DNA of 64,000 nt from contig CAWEMM010000009.1 of assembly GCA_963810095.1 (NCBI GenBank), positions 96,001 through 160,000 of the forward strand, in the 5' to 3' direction. The position numbers and the translations under genes are program-made. This stretch comes from an uncultured Chloroflexia bacterium. GTDB taxonomy: Bacteria > Chloroflexota > Anaerolineae > CG2-30-64-16. Positions 41,781 to 51,892 of this stretch are shown here, one piece after another. Below the pieces are notes generated by a model. The model worked only from the letters and a program-made list of their open reading frames with translations. It made no database searches and was not told the origin of the DNA. Numbering within the stretch: position 1 is the first letter of the stretch; each line of letters begins with the position of its first letter.

Positions 41781-42846
41781 GTTTCGTCATCAGGCTGGCG
41801 AGCACTTGCGGGAACCTGATCCCGTGGAGCTGCAGGACCTCGGTCATGGGGAGGCCCTCGGCGGGTCCGAACGCGGTGTTGGGGTTCGCGTCGATGAAGT
41901 ATGGGATTTCCGTCAGCGGGTCGATTCGTATGTCGAACTTGGCATAGTCCTGGCAGTGCAGCACGTCGAAGGCAATCCGCGCATAGGCGGACACGTCTTG
42001 CTCGACCGCCGGGGTCACCGGGCCGTAGTGGTAGCAATCCGGGTCGCTGTAGCTTTCGAAGCTCGTGAAGAGGTACTTGCGGTCCTCGCTGGCCTTGAAA
42101 ATCTTTTCGCCGCAGAACACATGCACCTGCTCGCCGTCATCGAAGACAATGGCGGTGATCTCGGGCCCGTCGATGAAGCGCTCGACGATCACCGGCATCT
42201 TGTAAGTTTCGATGAGCAGATTGGCCTGTTCCTGGGCGGCCGCGTAGCTCTCCTTCGGGGCCTCGTTGTCGATGCCGACACTCCCGCCGCTCTCGTTGAG
42301 CTTCACGATTAGCGGCAGCTGAAGGTCTTCGCGCAGGGCTGCATCGCGCCGGCTGACCAGCTGGTAGGGCGGGGTGGGCACGTCGTTCGCATTCAGCAGT
42401 TCCTTGGCCAGGTGCCGGTCGTTCCCCAGCACCAGGCCCCGCATACCTGCGCCGGTGTACGACACGCCCGCCAACTCGAGCGCTCCGGGGATAGAGGTCT
42501 GGAGGGCGTCACTGCCGCGCAGAGTGTCCACCAGGTTGAGGATCAGGTCGGGTTGGTCGACCAGAAGCTTAGCCATGAAGTAGCGGTCGGCCCGGTAGGC
42601 TTTCGCTTTCAACCCCAGCTTCTTCAGCGCGGCCACGACGTCCTTGGCGCGCTGTTCCACCTCTACCTCGGCCTCGTAGGCTTCCTTGGTCGCGAACCAG
42701 GCGGTCTTCACGTGCGAATACGCGACCGCCACCAGGCGCAGCCGCTTGAGCGCGTCCTTGTCCACTACCAGGGTCTGGCGGCGGCCGCCCTTACGGGCTT
42801 TGCGCTTGCGGGTCTCGGGGACCGGTGATGCGTCGGTCACGTCCAA
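41743..42846 (-). CDS. D-Ala-D-Ala-ligase-like ATP-grasp enzyme
   Basis: VSYTG, PLIVKLNESGGSVGI, ERFIDGPEI, DYAKFDIR, IDANPN. Confidence 0.82.
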   Translation of the reverse strand: MDVTDASPVPETRKRKARKGGRRQTLVVDKDALKRLRLVAVAYSHVKTAWFATKEAYEAEVEVEQRAKDVVAALKKLGLKAKAYRADRYFMAKLLVDQPDLILNLVDTLRGSDALQTSIPGALELAGVSYTGAGMRGLVLGNDRHLAKELLNANDVPTPPYQLVSRRDAALREDLQLPLIVKLNESGGSVGIDNEAPKESYAAAQEQANLLIETYKMPVIVERFIDGPEITAIVFDDGEQVHVFCGEKIFKASEDRKYLFTSFESYSDPDCYHYGPVTPAVEQDVSAYARIAFDVLHCQDYAKFDIRIDPLTEIPYFIDANPNTAFGPAEGLPMTEVLQLHGIRFPQVLASLMTKHARRIYGPSQPG

Positions 42847-42849
42847 GTT

Positions 42850-43449
42850 CTAGCCGGCCTCTCGGCAGTCGTCCGCCTGCGACTCTTCCGGCGGCGCCAC
42901 GTCGACGCGCGCCGGGACAGCGGCCGCTGCGACAACTGCGAGAATGGCCGCGTGCGCCTCGGCCACCGAGATGTGATCGACCACGGCAGCCTCCGCGCTC
43001 AAGCGGCGGCACGCGTTGTCGAGCCACTTGCGCTCGGGATTCGTGAGCGGGCTGGTCCGCCGAACGGCCAGCAGGTCTCGGATTGCACAGGGCAGCGCTT
43101 CCGCCTCGCGCGCCTGCTCGCTCAAACGCAGCCCGGCCAACCTCTGGCGGCCGTCTTCGGGCAAGCCCGCGCTTTCGGATGCCAGGGTTTCGGCGATCAC
43201 GGCCACGCTGTTGCTCAACCGCCGCAGGCCGACCATCTGCGCCCGGCGCATGGGCACGAATAAGGTGCCTTCCCCCGTGATGTCGATTTCGTAATAGATT
43301 TCAGTCGCGCCGCCCGGGTTGGGCTCGGCCAGGTGACCCATGCCTTCGTTCCGGATGCCCCGTACGACGCCAAAACCGTACTTTGGATGATAAACCGGTT
43401 CCCCTGCATGCAGCTGTTCGTCCAACCGAAACTCGGTCGAGTTCATCAC
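42850..43449 (-). CDS. CarD-like/TRCF RID-domain protein
   Basis: GEPVYHPKYGFGVV, TLFVP...VGLR, ERKWLDNA..LSAE. Confidence 0.78.
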   Translation of the reverse strand: MMNSTEFRLDEQLHAGEPVYHPKYGFGVVRGIRNEGMGHLAEPNPGGATEIYYEIDITGEGTLFVPMRRAQMVGLRRLSNSVAVIAETLASESAGLPEDGRQRLAGLRLSEQAREAEALPCAIRDLLAVRRTSPLTNPERKWLDNACRRLSAEAAVVDHISVAEAHAAILAVVAAAAVPARVDVAPPEESQADDCREAG

Positions 43450-43673
43450 TACCCCTTCCCAACTGCCCGGCGCGACCCTCCGAGCCCGGGGGCCAGCCTC
43501 AACGGCAGCAACGGGAGTAGTATACTACAACCTTCGTCAGCAGTCGGTACGGAGGGATACTGAAGAGTTGGCGCCAAGTGGTATGTTGATTGTTTTCCAC
43601 CCGTACGGCACCCCTGGCGGGGCCGTGGAAGCGCCTAAAGATGGCGGCACTTGCCCCAGGAGCACGCTCGTAC

Positions 43674-45046
43674 GAGAGTGTTGGATAACGTGGCAGAGGA
43701 AGGGCAAAGGCACCCTGTCGCGGCGAAGGTAGCGGTTTCAGGAGTGCTGAAGGTCGTTACGGGTGCAAAAGAGGGCGCTGGGAGGTGCGTGTGAGGCTGG
43801 CCGGGCGGTCAGTGGGCGCGCCAAAGCCAAGGGGTTAGCCGGCGCGCACGGGGGCCAGACGCTGCGTGGGGCGCAAGCGCACGCCGGTCAGCAGCGTGAC
43901 GATGCGCTTCAGGTTCAGCACCAGGGCCGTCAGCTGGGCTTGGACCCCGTAGCGCAGCAGGCCGAGGTAGCGGCAGCGGCCAAAGCCGTGCCAGCGTTTG
44001 GCCTCGCCAAACTTGCGCTCAATCTTGTAGCGTTCGGCGCGCCCGGCTTGGTATTCCGGCGAGTCCTTGAGCTGCTGCCAAGCGTCCCGGTGTTCGTTAC
44101 TCGCCGCCGTGCGGTAGTCATTCAGGGTCAGGGCCGAATGCTTGCCTTGGGCCGCAAGCCGGTAATGCAGATCGGTGTCATCGTAGGCCTTGTCGCCCGC
44201 ATAGATCTCGGCGGTGACGCCAACCTCGGCATCGTGGGCCAGCAGCTGCGGCAACTGCTTGTTGTCCGCCGCACTGCCGCCCGTCGGCTCGAGGGTCGTG
44301 ATCAAGCCGGTTTCGGCGTTGACACTGACATGGCTCTTGTAGCCCAAGTACTGCATGTCCTGCATCTGCAGCTTGCCATCCGGCCCGGTCTTGCGGCGCT
44401 TGCCTTTCTTGACCAGCTGCGCCTGCTTATCCCGCGGCGGTCGGCCCTGCGCTTGGCGCTGCCGGTCGGCATCGTTGTCCACGTCGGCCACCGTGTGCAC
44501 GCTGTCGACCACCTGGATCTTGCCCAGCTGAATCCCGGCGGCTTGGGCTTGGCGCAGCACGCTATCGCCGATGGCCTGCAACTGCTGCCAGCCGTTGGCT
44601 TCCCGCAGCCGCTTGTTGAACTCGCTCGAGCGTACTGTGATCCGGCGCCAGTTCGTCCACCGCCAGCCCGACGAACTCCTTGATCGCCAGGTTGAGGTTG
44701 GTCGCCTCCTCCACCTGCCGCTCCGAGAAGCGGTACAGATAGGCGATCACCAGCATCTTGAGGATCGTCACCGGCGGATACGGCGGCCGCCCGTCTTCCG
44801 CCAAGCCCTTGTACGCCGGCAGGAGGATCTCCGTAAAGCTGTCCCAGTCGATGACGCGGTTCAACTGCACGAGGAAGTGGTCCCGGGGCACCACCCGCTC
44901 GTAAATCGGCGCGCCAAAGAACGAGCCTAAACCTAACTGCTTGAAGTGCTTCTCGGCCATCGTTACCCTCCTGATCGGCTGCGATGACCTCATTGTAAGC
45001 ACTTCCCAAAATCACGCGAGTTTTCGGGGAGTTATCCAACACTCTC
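43674..45046 (-). mobile_element. Insertion sequence, IS5/IS1182-like, 1373 bp
   Basis: Perfect 16-bp TIRs GAGAGTGTTGGATAAC (43674-43689) / GTTATCCAACACTCTC (45031-45046); 9-bp TSD CGCTCGTAC (43665-43673, 45047-45055). Confidence 0.95.
43835..44960 (-). CDS. DDE transposase (frameshift near 44630)
   Basis: GRPPYPP...SERQVEE...PDHSTL N-term; VDS, GYKSH, GDKAYD, RYKIERKFGEAKRWHG. Confidence 0.88.
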
Positions 45047-45060
45047 CGCTCGTACGGGAC

Positions 45061-45089
45061 TTGCACTTTCCTGTAATGCGTGATATGAT
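45061..45089 (+). promoter_or_regulatory. Sigma70 promoter of zinc-ribbon gene
   Basis: TTGCAC-17 nt-TATGAT with TGn extension. Confidence 0.75.
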
Positions 45090-45224
45090 GTTTTCAATTC
45101 AAAGAAATCCGTGGTTCGGTTCCCGTCAGGCGATGTGTTTGCGTCTTGGACACATGCCTCGCTTGCTCCCGTGCTGATGGATAACTCGTTGAATGCATCA
45201 TCAACAGGAGTTAGCGAAACTAAC

Positions 45225-45578
45225 ATGGCAGATCAAACCCTCACTTGTTCGGACTGCGGGACGCAGTTCCAGTTCACCGAGAGCGAACAGGAATTCTACC
45301 AATCCAAGGGCTTCAGCGCCCCGAGCCGGTGCCCGTCTTGTCGGGCCGCCCGCAAGGCTGCCCGCGAAGGCGGCAGTGGTTATGGCAGCGCTTCCCGCTA
45401 CGGCGAGCGCCAGATGTACCCCGCGGTGTGCGCCCAGTGCGGTAAGGACACGCAGGTGCCCTTCCAGCCGCGTGGCGACAAGCCCGTGTACTGCTCGGAC
45501 TGCTACCGCGCCCAGCAGGGTGGCAGCAGCAGCAGCTACGGCAGCCGCAACCGCTCGGGTGGCAGCAGCCGGTACTAA
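45225..45578 (+). CDS. Zinc-ribbon + CxxC-x17-CxxC domain protein
   Basis: LTCSDCG..F.FTESEQEFY...RCPSCR; CAQCG...VPFQP...VYCSDC; Gly/Ser/Arg tail. Confidence 0.9.
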   Translation: MADQTLTCSDCGTQFQFTESEQEFYQSKGFSAPSRCPSCRAARKAAREGGSGYGSASRYGERQMYPAVCAQCGKDTQVPFQPRGDKPVYCSDCYRAQQGGSSSSYGSRNRSGGSSRY

Positions 45579-45685
45579 GCCGGTCGCACCGCGCGAGAGC
45601 GGATCGGGCCGCCAAGGCCCGGTTCGCACGCAGGCCCCGCATTCGGGTTAAGCCCGAACTGCGCGGGCAGCTCATATAAACGAAG

Positions 45686-45722
45686 AAAGACCGGGTCCCG
45701 AACTTGGACCTGGTCTTTTTTT
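45686..45722 (+). terminator. Intrinsic terminator
   Basis: AAAGACCGGGTCC/GGACCTGGTCTTT stem followed by T-run. Confidence 0.8.
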
Positions 45723-45760
45723 GATTCCGGTCTCAAGCTCGCAGCACATCACTCCAGCTC

Positions 45761-45816
45761 TGCACCACTAATACATCCTTTTGGGTCTCCCTCGCCAACC
45801 GACATTGCGGTATCCT
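45761..45816 (+). promoter_or_regulatory. Shared motif copy 1 (upstream of argF)
   Basis: TGCACCA-CTAA-TACATCC-TTTTGGGTCT-22 nt-TATCCT. Confidence 0.7.
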
Positions 45817-46001
45817 CTGAGAAGCAGGCCCAGCGCCCTCTGGCTGGGGGCTGTTCCGCAGGCGGCGCGATTTGCTTTTTCGCGCCTTGCGACTGAGGAT
45901 TAAGCGTCGAGGATCGGGCCGTGAGCACGGTCTCTCGGGACTCCGAACTTGGTGCGCGCGACCCTCAATCATACTTGCTACGCAGAAGGAGAAGCTCACT
46001 C

Positions 46002-47003
46002 ATGGCATTTAACCTGCGGAACCGCAACTATCTGAAAGAGCTGGACTTCACCCCGGAAGAACTCAGGTTCCTGCTCAAGCTGTCTGCCGATCTCAAGGCC
46101 GCGAAATACGGCGGCTACGAACAGCCTCGCCTCAAGGGGAAGAACATTGCGCTCATCTTCGAGAAGTCGTCGACCCGCACCCGCTGTGCGTTCGAGGTAG
46201 CGGCCTACGACCAGGGCGCGCACGTGACGTATCTTGGGCCAGAGGGCTCGCAGATCGGGCACAAGGAGTCGATGAAGGATACGGCGCGGGTCTTGGGCCA
46301 CATGTACGACGGGATCGAGTACCGGGGCTTTGGGCAGGAGACGGTGGAAATCCTCGGCCGGTATGCAGGCGTGCCCGTGTGGAACGGTCTGACGAACGAG
46401 TTTCATCCGACGCAGTCCCTGTGCGACGTGCTGACGATGGTCGAGCACAGCAACAAGCCGCCGAGCAAGATCGCCTATTGTTACCTGGGCGACGCGCGCT
46501 TCAATATGGGCAACTCGTTGATGGTGATGGGCTGCAAGATGGGCATGGACGTTCGCCTCTGCGCGCCCCGCCCACTATGGCCGGCCGACGAGCTGGTGGC
46601 GGCGGCCAGGCAGGTGGCCGCGCAGACCGGCGCCCGCCTCACGCTGACCGAGAACGTCGAAGAAGGCATCCAAGGTGTGGACTACATCCATACCGACGTG
46701 TGGGTGTCGATGGGCGAACCGAAGGAAGTCTGGGACGAGCGCATCAAGCTGCTCAAGCCGTACCAGGTGAACGCGGACGTGATCAGCAGGACCGGGAACC
46801 CGCAGGTGAAGTTCATGCACTGTCTCCCCGCATTCCATAACCGGGAGACGAAAGTTGGCGAAGACATCTACCAGAAGACGGGGCTTGATGCGCTTGAAGT
46901 GACCGACGAGGTTTTCGAGTCGGAACGGTCGATCGTGTTCGAACAGGCCGAGAACCGCATGCATACGATCAAAGCGATCATGGTCGCGACGCTCGGAAAC
47001 TGA
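46002..47003 (+). CDS. argF: Ornithine carbamoyltransferase
   Basis: [26 protein letters not shown]. Confidence 0.95.
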   Translation: MAFNLRNRNYLKELDFTPEELRFLLKLSADLKAAKYGGYEQPRLKGKNIALIFEKSSTRTRCAFEVAAYDQGAHVTYLGPEGSQIGHKESMKDTARVLGHMYDGIEYRGFGQETVEILGRYAGVPVWNGLTNEFHPTQSLCDVLTMVEHSNKPPSKIAYCYLGDARFNMGNSLMVMGCKMGMDVRLCAPRPLWPADELVAAARQVAAQTGARLTLTENVEEGIQGVDYIHTDVWVSMGEPKEVWDERIKLLKPYQVNADVISRTGNPQVKFMHCLPAFHNRETKVGEDIYQKTGLDALEVTDEVFESERSIVFEQAENRMHTIKAIMVATLGN

Positions 47004-47133
47004 GGGCAGGGCAAACGCAGCCCTACTGACCCCCCGTATGCCGCCGGCTGTGCGAACCGCGGCCGGCGGTATGACCGCTTACCCGATTGCATCGTTCCGC
47101 CGCCGATCATTTATCTCACTGAGGAGGACAGGC

Positions 47134-47994
47134 ATGAGCCAAAGGAACTGGCTGTCGACGATGATGCTGGCAGTGCTCTTGCTGGCGCTTGTGGGCTGCA
47201 CGCCCCCACCTGCGGCGCCGGCGCCGGCTCCCACTTCCGCACCGGCGAGCAATGCAGAGCCCGCCGCGGGATCGCCGCCGGGCCAGGGCCTGCCGGGCTC
47301 GGAGTGGCAGCTTGACGCGATGTTTGGGGGGCCGGCTGCGGTGCCGGTGGTGCCCGGTAGCGTTCCAACGCTGGCCTTCGCAGAGAACCGCTATCTTGGC
47401 TTCGGCGGGTGTAACTGGTATCAGGGGCTCTTTGTCCTGCGCGGGACCAATGGTCTCCAGTTCAACGGGCCCGCGACGACGCGCTTCGGCTGCACCGCGA
47501 ATACGCCGACTTCCGTGCAGGAAGCCACCCTCATCCCCATGCTGACCAGCATCGCCAAGTACGACATCAAGGACGGCAAGCTGCGGATGTTCATGGGCGA
47601 CGACACGCTGCTGTTGACCTTTACACAGCTCCAGCCCGTACCGCTGGAGGGCACCCCCTGGTTGCTCAATTTCTACTTCTCCCAGCCGACTGCCATGTGG
47701 ACGCCGCCGCTCGTCGGCACGATGCCCACCTTGCGCTTTGAGGGCGGGCAGGTGAGCGGCAACACCGGCTGCAACGATTTCACCGGCAAGTACGATCTGC
47801 AGGGTGACCAACTGAAGATCAGCAACCTGGCGACGACGAAAAAGACTTGCGACCAGCCCAACGGCATCATGACCCAGGAGCAGGCCTACCTGTCCACGCT
47901 TCAGAGCGCGACGACGCTCCAGAAGTTCCCGCGCACGGTCCAGCTGCTGGGGAGCGACGGCCAGCCGCTGCTGATCTACAACACCGGCAAGTAA
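47134..47994 (+). CDS. Lipoprotein with two META (HslJ-like) domains
   Basis: LVGC lipobox; GFGGCNWY and GNTGCNDF; TTxxxC...QE. Confidence 0.85.
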   Translation: MSQRNWLSTMMLAVLLLALVGCTPPPAAPAPAPTSAPASNAEPAAGSPPGQGLPGSEWQLDAMFGGPAAVPVVPGSVPTLAFAENRYLGFGGCNWYQGLFVLRGTNGLQFNGPATTRFGCTANTPTSVQEATLIPMLTSIAKYDIKDGKLRMFMGDDTLLLTFTQLQPVPLEGTPWLLNFYFSQPTAMWTPPLVGTMPTLRFEGGQVSGNTGCNDFTGKYDLQGDQLKISNLATTKKTCDQPNGIMTQEQAYLSTLQSATTLQKFPRTVQLLGSDGQPLLIYNTGK

Positions 47995-48036
47995 ACCCTG
48001 GGGGGCCCGCGCTTTGCGGCGGGTAAGGAGGCGAGT

Positions 48037-48963
48037 GTGGCTAAGGACAAGAAGGACAAGAAGGACAAGAGGGACAAACACAAGGGCAAGCTCGACACCA
48101 AGCCCGAGGCCGCGCAGGTCGCGGAGCCGGGCGGCGGCGCGCCGGCCATCGTTTCCGCAGCGCCGCAGGAGGCCGGCTGGGACGACAAGCCCAAAATGAA
48201 GAAGAAGGAGTACGAGGCGGAACTGGAGCGGCTCCAGGTCGAACTCGTCAAGATGCAGGAGTGGGTGAAGGCCACGAACGCCAAGGTCTGCGTTCTCTTC
48301 GAGGGCCGCGACGCGGCCGGCAAGGGCGGCATCATTAAGGCCATCTCCGAGCGCACCAGCCCCCGGGTGGTCAGGGTCGTGGCCCTGGCTTCGCCCACCG
48401 AGCGCGAGAAGTCGCAGATGTACTTCCAGCGTTACATGCCCCACCTGCCGGCCGGAGGCGAAATGGTGCTTTTCGACCGCAGTTGGTACAACCGGGCGGG
48501 GGTCGAGCGCGTCATGGGCTTCGCGACCGAAGAGCAGGTGGCGAGCTTCCTGAAGTTTGCGCCGGCGGTGGAACGGGCCATCGTCGCGTCCGGGGTCATC
48601 CTCGTCAAGTACTGGCTTGAAGAGACCATGGAGGACCAGACCGAACGGTTCGAGGAGCGCATCCACGACTACAAGAAGATCTGGAAGCTGAGCCCGATGG
48701 ACCTGGAAAGCCACCGCCGCTGGTATGACTATTCGCGGGCGCGCGATGCGATGTTTGCGGCCACCGACTGCCCGGAAACGCCCTGGTACGTGGTGGACTC
48801 GCACGACCAGAAACGCGGCCGGCTAAATTGCATCAGTCATCTCCTCAGCCTTGTGCCCTATCACGAGGTGCCACACGAAGAAGTGGTCTTGCCGAAGCGC
48901 CAGGACAAGGGCGATTACGAGAACCCGAACCATCCATTCCGGTGGGTGCCGGCCAAATACTAA
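48037..48963 (+). CDS. ppk2: Polyphosphate kinase 2
   Basis: FEGRDAAGKGG, DRSWYNR, WKLSPMD. Confidence 0.95.
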   Translation: MAKDKKDKKDKRDKHKGKLDTKPEAAQVAEPGGGAPAIVSAAPQEAGWDDKPKMKKKEYEAELERLQVELVKMQEWVKATNAKVCVLFEGRDAAGKGGIIKAISERTSPRVVRVVALASPTEREKSQMYFQRYMPHLPAGGEMVLFDRSWYNRAGVERVMGFATEEQVASFLKFAPAVERAIVASGVILVKYWLEETMEDQTERFEERIHDYKKIWKLSPMDLESHRRWYDYSRARDAMFAATDCPETPWYVVDSHDQKRGRLNCISHLLSLVPYHEVPHEEVVLPKRQDKGDYENPNHPFRWVPAKY

Positions 48964-48999
48964 GCCTCCGGTCATTACGGGAGAGGAGTTGATCCGATC

Positions 49000-51762
49000 A
49001 TGGCAGATGGCTCTCAACAATCAAAGTGGTACACCTTGGGGCCGGACGCAGTGGCCCGCGAACTCAAGGTCGACCCGGCAAAAGGGTTGAGTTCGGCCGA
49101 GGCGCAGCAGCGCCTGCAGCAGTACGGGCCCAACCAGCTTGCCGCCAAGAAAAAGGAGCCCGGCTGGCTGTCGTTCGTGCGCCAGTACAAGGACTTCATG
49201 CAGATCATCCTGATCGGCGCGGCGGTGATCAATCTGATCTTCACCCAGGACCTCCGCACGTCCGTGATGCTGGTCGTCCTCACCATCTTCAACGCTGTGA
49301 TGAGCCTGCGCCAGGAGTCCAAGGCCGAGGCTAGCCTGGCCGCGCTCGAGAAGATGATGAAGAACATCGCCCGGGTGCGGCGTGACGGCCAGGCGATCGA
49401 GATCGAGGCCGAAGCGATTGTGCCCGGCGATATCGTGCTGATGGAGGCCGGCAACCGGGTGCCTGCCGACGGCCGTCTCTTCGTCACGGCGACCCTCGAG
49501 ATCGAGGAGGCCGCGCTGACGGGCGAGAGTGTCGCCTCGCCGAAGGACACGGAGACGATTGAGAAGGCGGACGCTGCGCTTGGCGACCGCCACTGCATGG
49601 CCTACATGAACACCGCGGTCACCCGGGGCCGGGGCGAGATGATCGTCACGACGACGGGCATGGGCACCGAGATGGGCCACATCGCCGACCTGCTGAACAA
49701 GACTGAAGCGGACAAGACGCCGCTGCAGAAGCAGCTCGACCGCCTGACCATCATCATCGCCGGCATCGCCGGCCTCGCGTTTATCGTCATGTTGATCCTT
49801 GGCCTGGCGCGCGGCCAATCCTTCGACTCCGTCTTCGTCGCCGGCATCGCGCTGGCTATTTCGGCCATCCCGACCGGCCTCCCGGCGGTGGTGACGACGC
49901 TTTACTCCATGGGCACGCAGGTGCTGGCAAGTCAGAACGCGATCGTCAAGCGGCTGCCTTCCGTCGAGACGCTCGGGTCGGTCTCGGCAATCTGCTCGGA
50001 CAAGACGGGCACCCTCACGCTCAACAAGATGACGGCCCGCGAGTTCACGGTGCCGGGCCAGAACCACTACAAGGTAACCGGCGAGGGTTACAGCACGCAG
50101 GGCCAGCTGCTGCATGACGGCGGCGCAAAGATCGACCTCGACGAAATTCTGCTGCCCATGGCGCTCTGCGCAGATGCTCGCCTCGACGGGACGGACCTCA
50201 TCGGGGATCCGACCGAGGGTGCACTGATCGTGTTGGCCGAAAAGGGCGGCATCAGCGTCGAAGGGGCCCGCCAGAAGTACCCTCGTATCGCCGAAGTCCC
50301 GTTCGACTCGGACTACAAGTTCATGGCGACCTTCCATAACATGACGAATGCGGAAGGCAAGCCCGTCGTGCGCTGCTTCGTGAAGGGCGCGCCCGACGTG
50401 CTCATCGCCCGCAGTAATTCGCTGTGGGTGCCCGGCGGCCAGGTTCTCGTCGGCGACGAGGAGAAGGGCCGGCTGGCGCTGGCAGAGAACGAGCGCATGG
50501 CGAAGGCCGGCGAGCGCGTCATGGTGGTGTCGCGCCGCGACTTCGATCCCGCCACCTTCGACCCGAAGGGCCCGGCCGGCGACGGCAAGCTGCTGCCCCT
50601 CGTGCAAGACCTGACGTTCCTCGCCATGGTCGGCATCGTCGATCCGCCGCGTGCGGAGGCGAAGGCCGCCATCGCCAAGTGCCACAGCGCGGGCATCCAG
50701 GTCCGCATGATTACGGGCGACCATGCGGTGACGGCCGCGGCCATCGGCCACGAGCTGGGCATCGAGGGCAAGGCGCTGACGGGCGCGCAGTTCGCCGCCA
50801 TGAGCGACGACGACCTGAAGAAGGACCTCGACAACATCGGCGTGATTGCCCGGGTGGCGCCCGAGGACAAAATCCGGCTGGTGCGCCTGCTCCAGGAGCA
50901 GCAAAACATCGTCGCCATGACCGGCGACGGCGTAAACGATGCGCCGGCGCTGAAGAAGGCCGACATTGGCGTCGCGATGGGCATCACGGGTACGGAGGTC
51001 TCCAAGGGCGCGGCGGTCATGATCCTGACCGACGACAACTTCGCAACCATCGTGAAGGCGGTGGAGTTCGGCCGGGCCATCTACGACAACCTGGCGAAGT
51101 ACATCCGCTTCCAGATGACCGCGCTCGTCGCATTCATCGCCTCCTACCTGGGTGCGGCGTTGTTCCTCATCGCGGGCGGCGTGCCGTTCTCGCCCCAGGT
51201 CGTCTTGTGGATCAACTTCCTCGTCCAGGTGCCGATCGCGATTGCGCTCGGCTTCGACAAACCGTCACCCGGCCTCATGGATCGCAAACCGCGGCCGCTC
51301 AGCCAGCCGGTAATGAACCGGGCGCAGTGGAGCCGTGCCATCTTCATCGGCTTGCTGATGACGGTCGGCACCCTCGTGTTCGAAGCAATTGGTTCCCAGT
51401 ACGCGACGCCGCTCATGTTCACCATGGGCTTTGCGGTGTTCTCGCTGTTCAACATTGTGATGGGGTTGGCCGTGCGCAGCGAAACTGACACGGTGTTCAC
51501 CCGGGACATCTTTTCCGACCGGCGCCAGCTGGGGCTGTACGGCCTTGCCCTGCTGTTGACCTTGCTGCCCACCGAGTTGGCGTTCCTCCGCGACCGGTTC
51601 GGCCTGACCGGCCTCACCATGCAGCAATGGCTGATCTGCGCCGCGGCTGCGTTTGCCTTGTTGCTCGTCACCGAGATCATGAAGGTCTTTCTCCGGCGGG
51701 GCCGCAAGCAAGCGGCTGCGCAGGCTGAAGCCGTCCCGGTTTCGGGGCCGCAGCCCGCATAA
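49000..51762 (+). CDS. P-type (P2-like) cation-transporting ATPase
   Basis: TGES, DKTGTLT, KGAP, TGD, GDGVND. Confidence 0.93.
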   Translation: MADGSQQSKWYTLGPDAVARELKVDPAKGLSSAEAQQRLQQYGPNQLAAKKKEPGWLSFVRQYKDFMQIILIGAAVINLIFTQDLRTSVMLVVLTIFNAVMSLRQESKAEASLAALEKMMKNIARVRRDGQAIEIEAEAIVPGDIVLMEAGNRVPADGRLFVTATLEIEEAALTGESVASPKDTETIEKADAALGDRHCMAYMNTAVTRGRGEMIVTTTGMGTEMGHIADLLNKTEADKTPLQKQLDRLTIIIAGIAGLAFIVMLILGLARGQSFDSVFVAGIALAISAIPTGLPAVVTTLYSMGTQVLASQNAIVKRLPSVETLGSVSAICSDKTGTLTLNKMTAREFTVPGQNHYKVTGEGYSTQGQLLHDGGAKIDLDEILLPMALCADARLDGTDLIGDPTEGALIVLAEKGGISVEGARQKYPRIAEVPFDSDYKFMATFHNMTNAEGKPVVRCFVKGAPDVLIARSNSLWVPGGQVLVGDEEKGRLALAENERMAKAGERVMVVSRRDFDPATFDPKGPAGDGKLLPLVQDLTFLAMVGIVDPPRAEAKAAIAKCHSAGIQVRMITGDHAVTAAAIGHELGIEGKALTGAQFAAMSDDDLKKDLDNIGVIARVAPEDKIRLVRLLQEQQNIVAMTGDGVNDAPALKKADIGVAMGITGTEVSKGAAVMILTDDNFATIVKAVEFGRAIYDNLAKYIRFQMTALVAFIASYLGAALFLIAGGVPFSPQVVLWINFLVQVPIAIALGFDKPSPGLMDRKPRPLSQPVMNRAQWSRAIFIGLLMTVGTLVFEAIGSQYATPLMFTMGFAVFSLFNIVMGLAVRSETDTVFTRDIFSDRRQLGLYGLALLLTLLPTELAFLRDRFGLTGLTMQQWLICAAAAFALLLVTEIMKVFLRRGRKQAAAQAEAVPVSGPQPA

Positions 51763-51892
51763 CAGACCTGCGCCCGCCGGGGTCGCGACAGCTCCATGCC
51801 GCGGTCCCGGGGGCGCCCATCCCTGTTTCGATCAACCTGCCCAGGTTGTGAGATAGTTCGTTTGAAGCACATCTATCAAAGGAGTTGCAGTC

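Noticed and set aside
40339-42846. Graspetide RiPP cluster (ATP-grasp + C39 + precursor)
   Set aside because: The ligase is Ddl-like rather than RimK/MvdD-like, and the small ORF has no double-Gly leader or repeated core motifs
44620-44645. Programmed frameshift in the transposase
   Set aside because: No slippery A-run at the junction; the window-wide indel rate explains it
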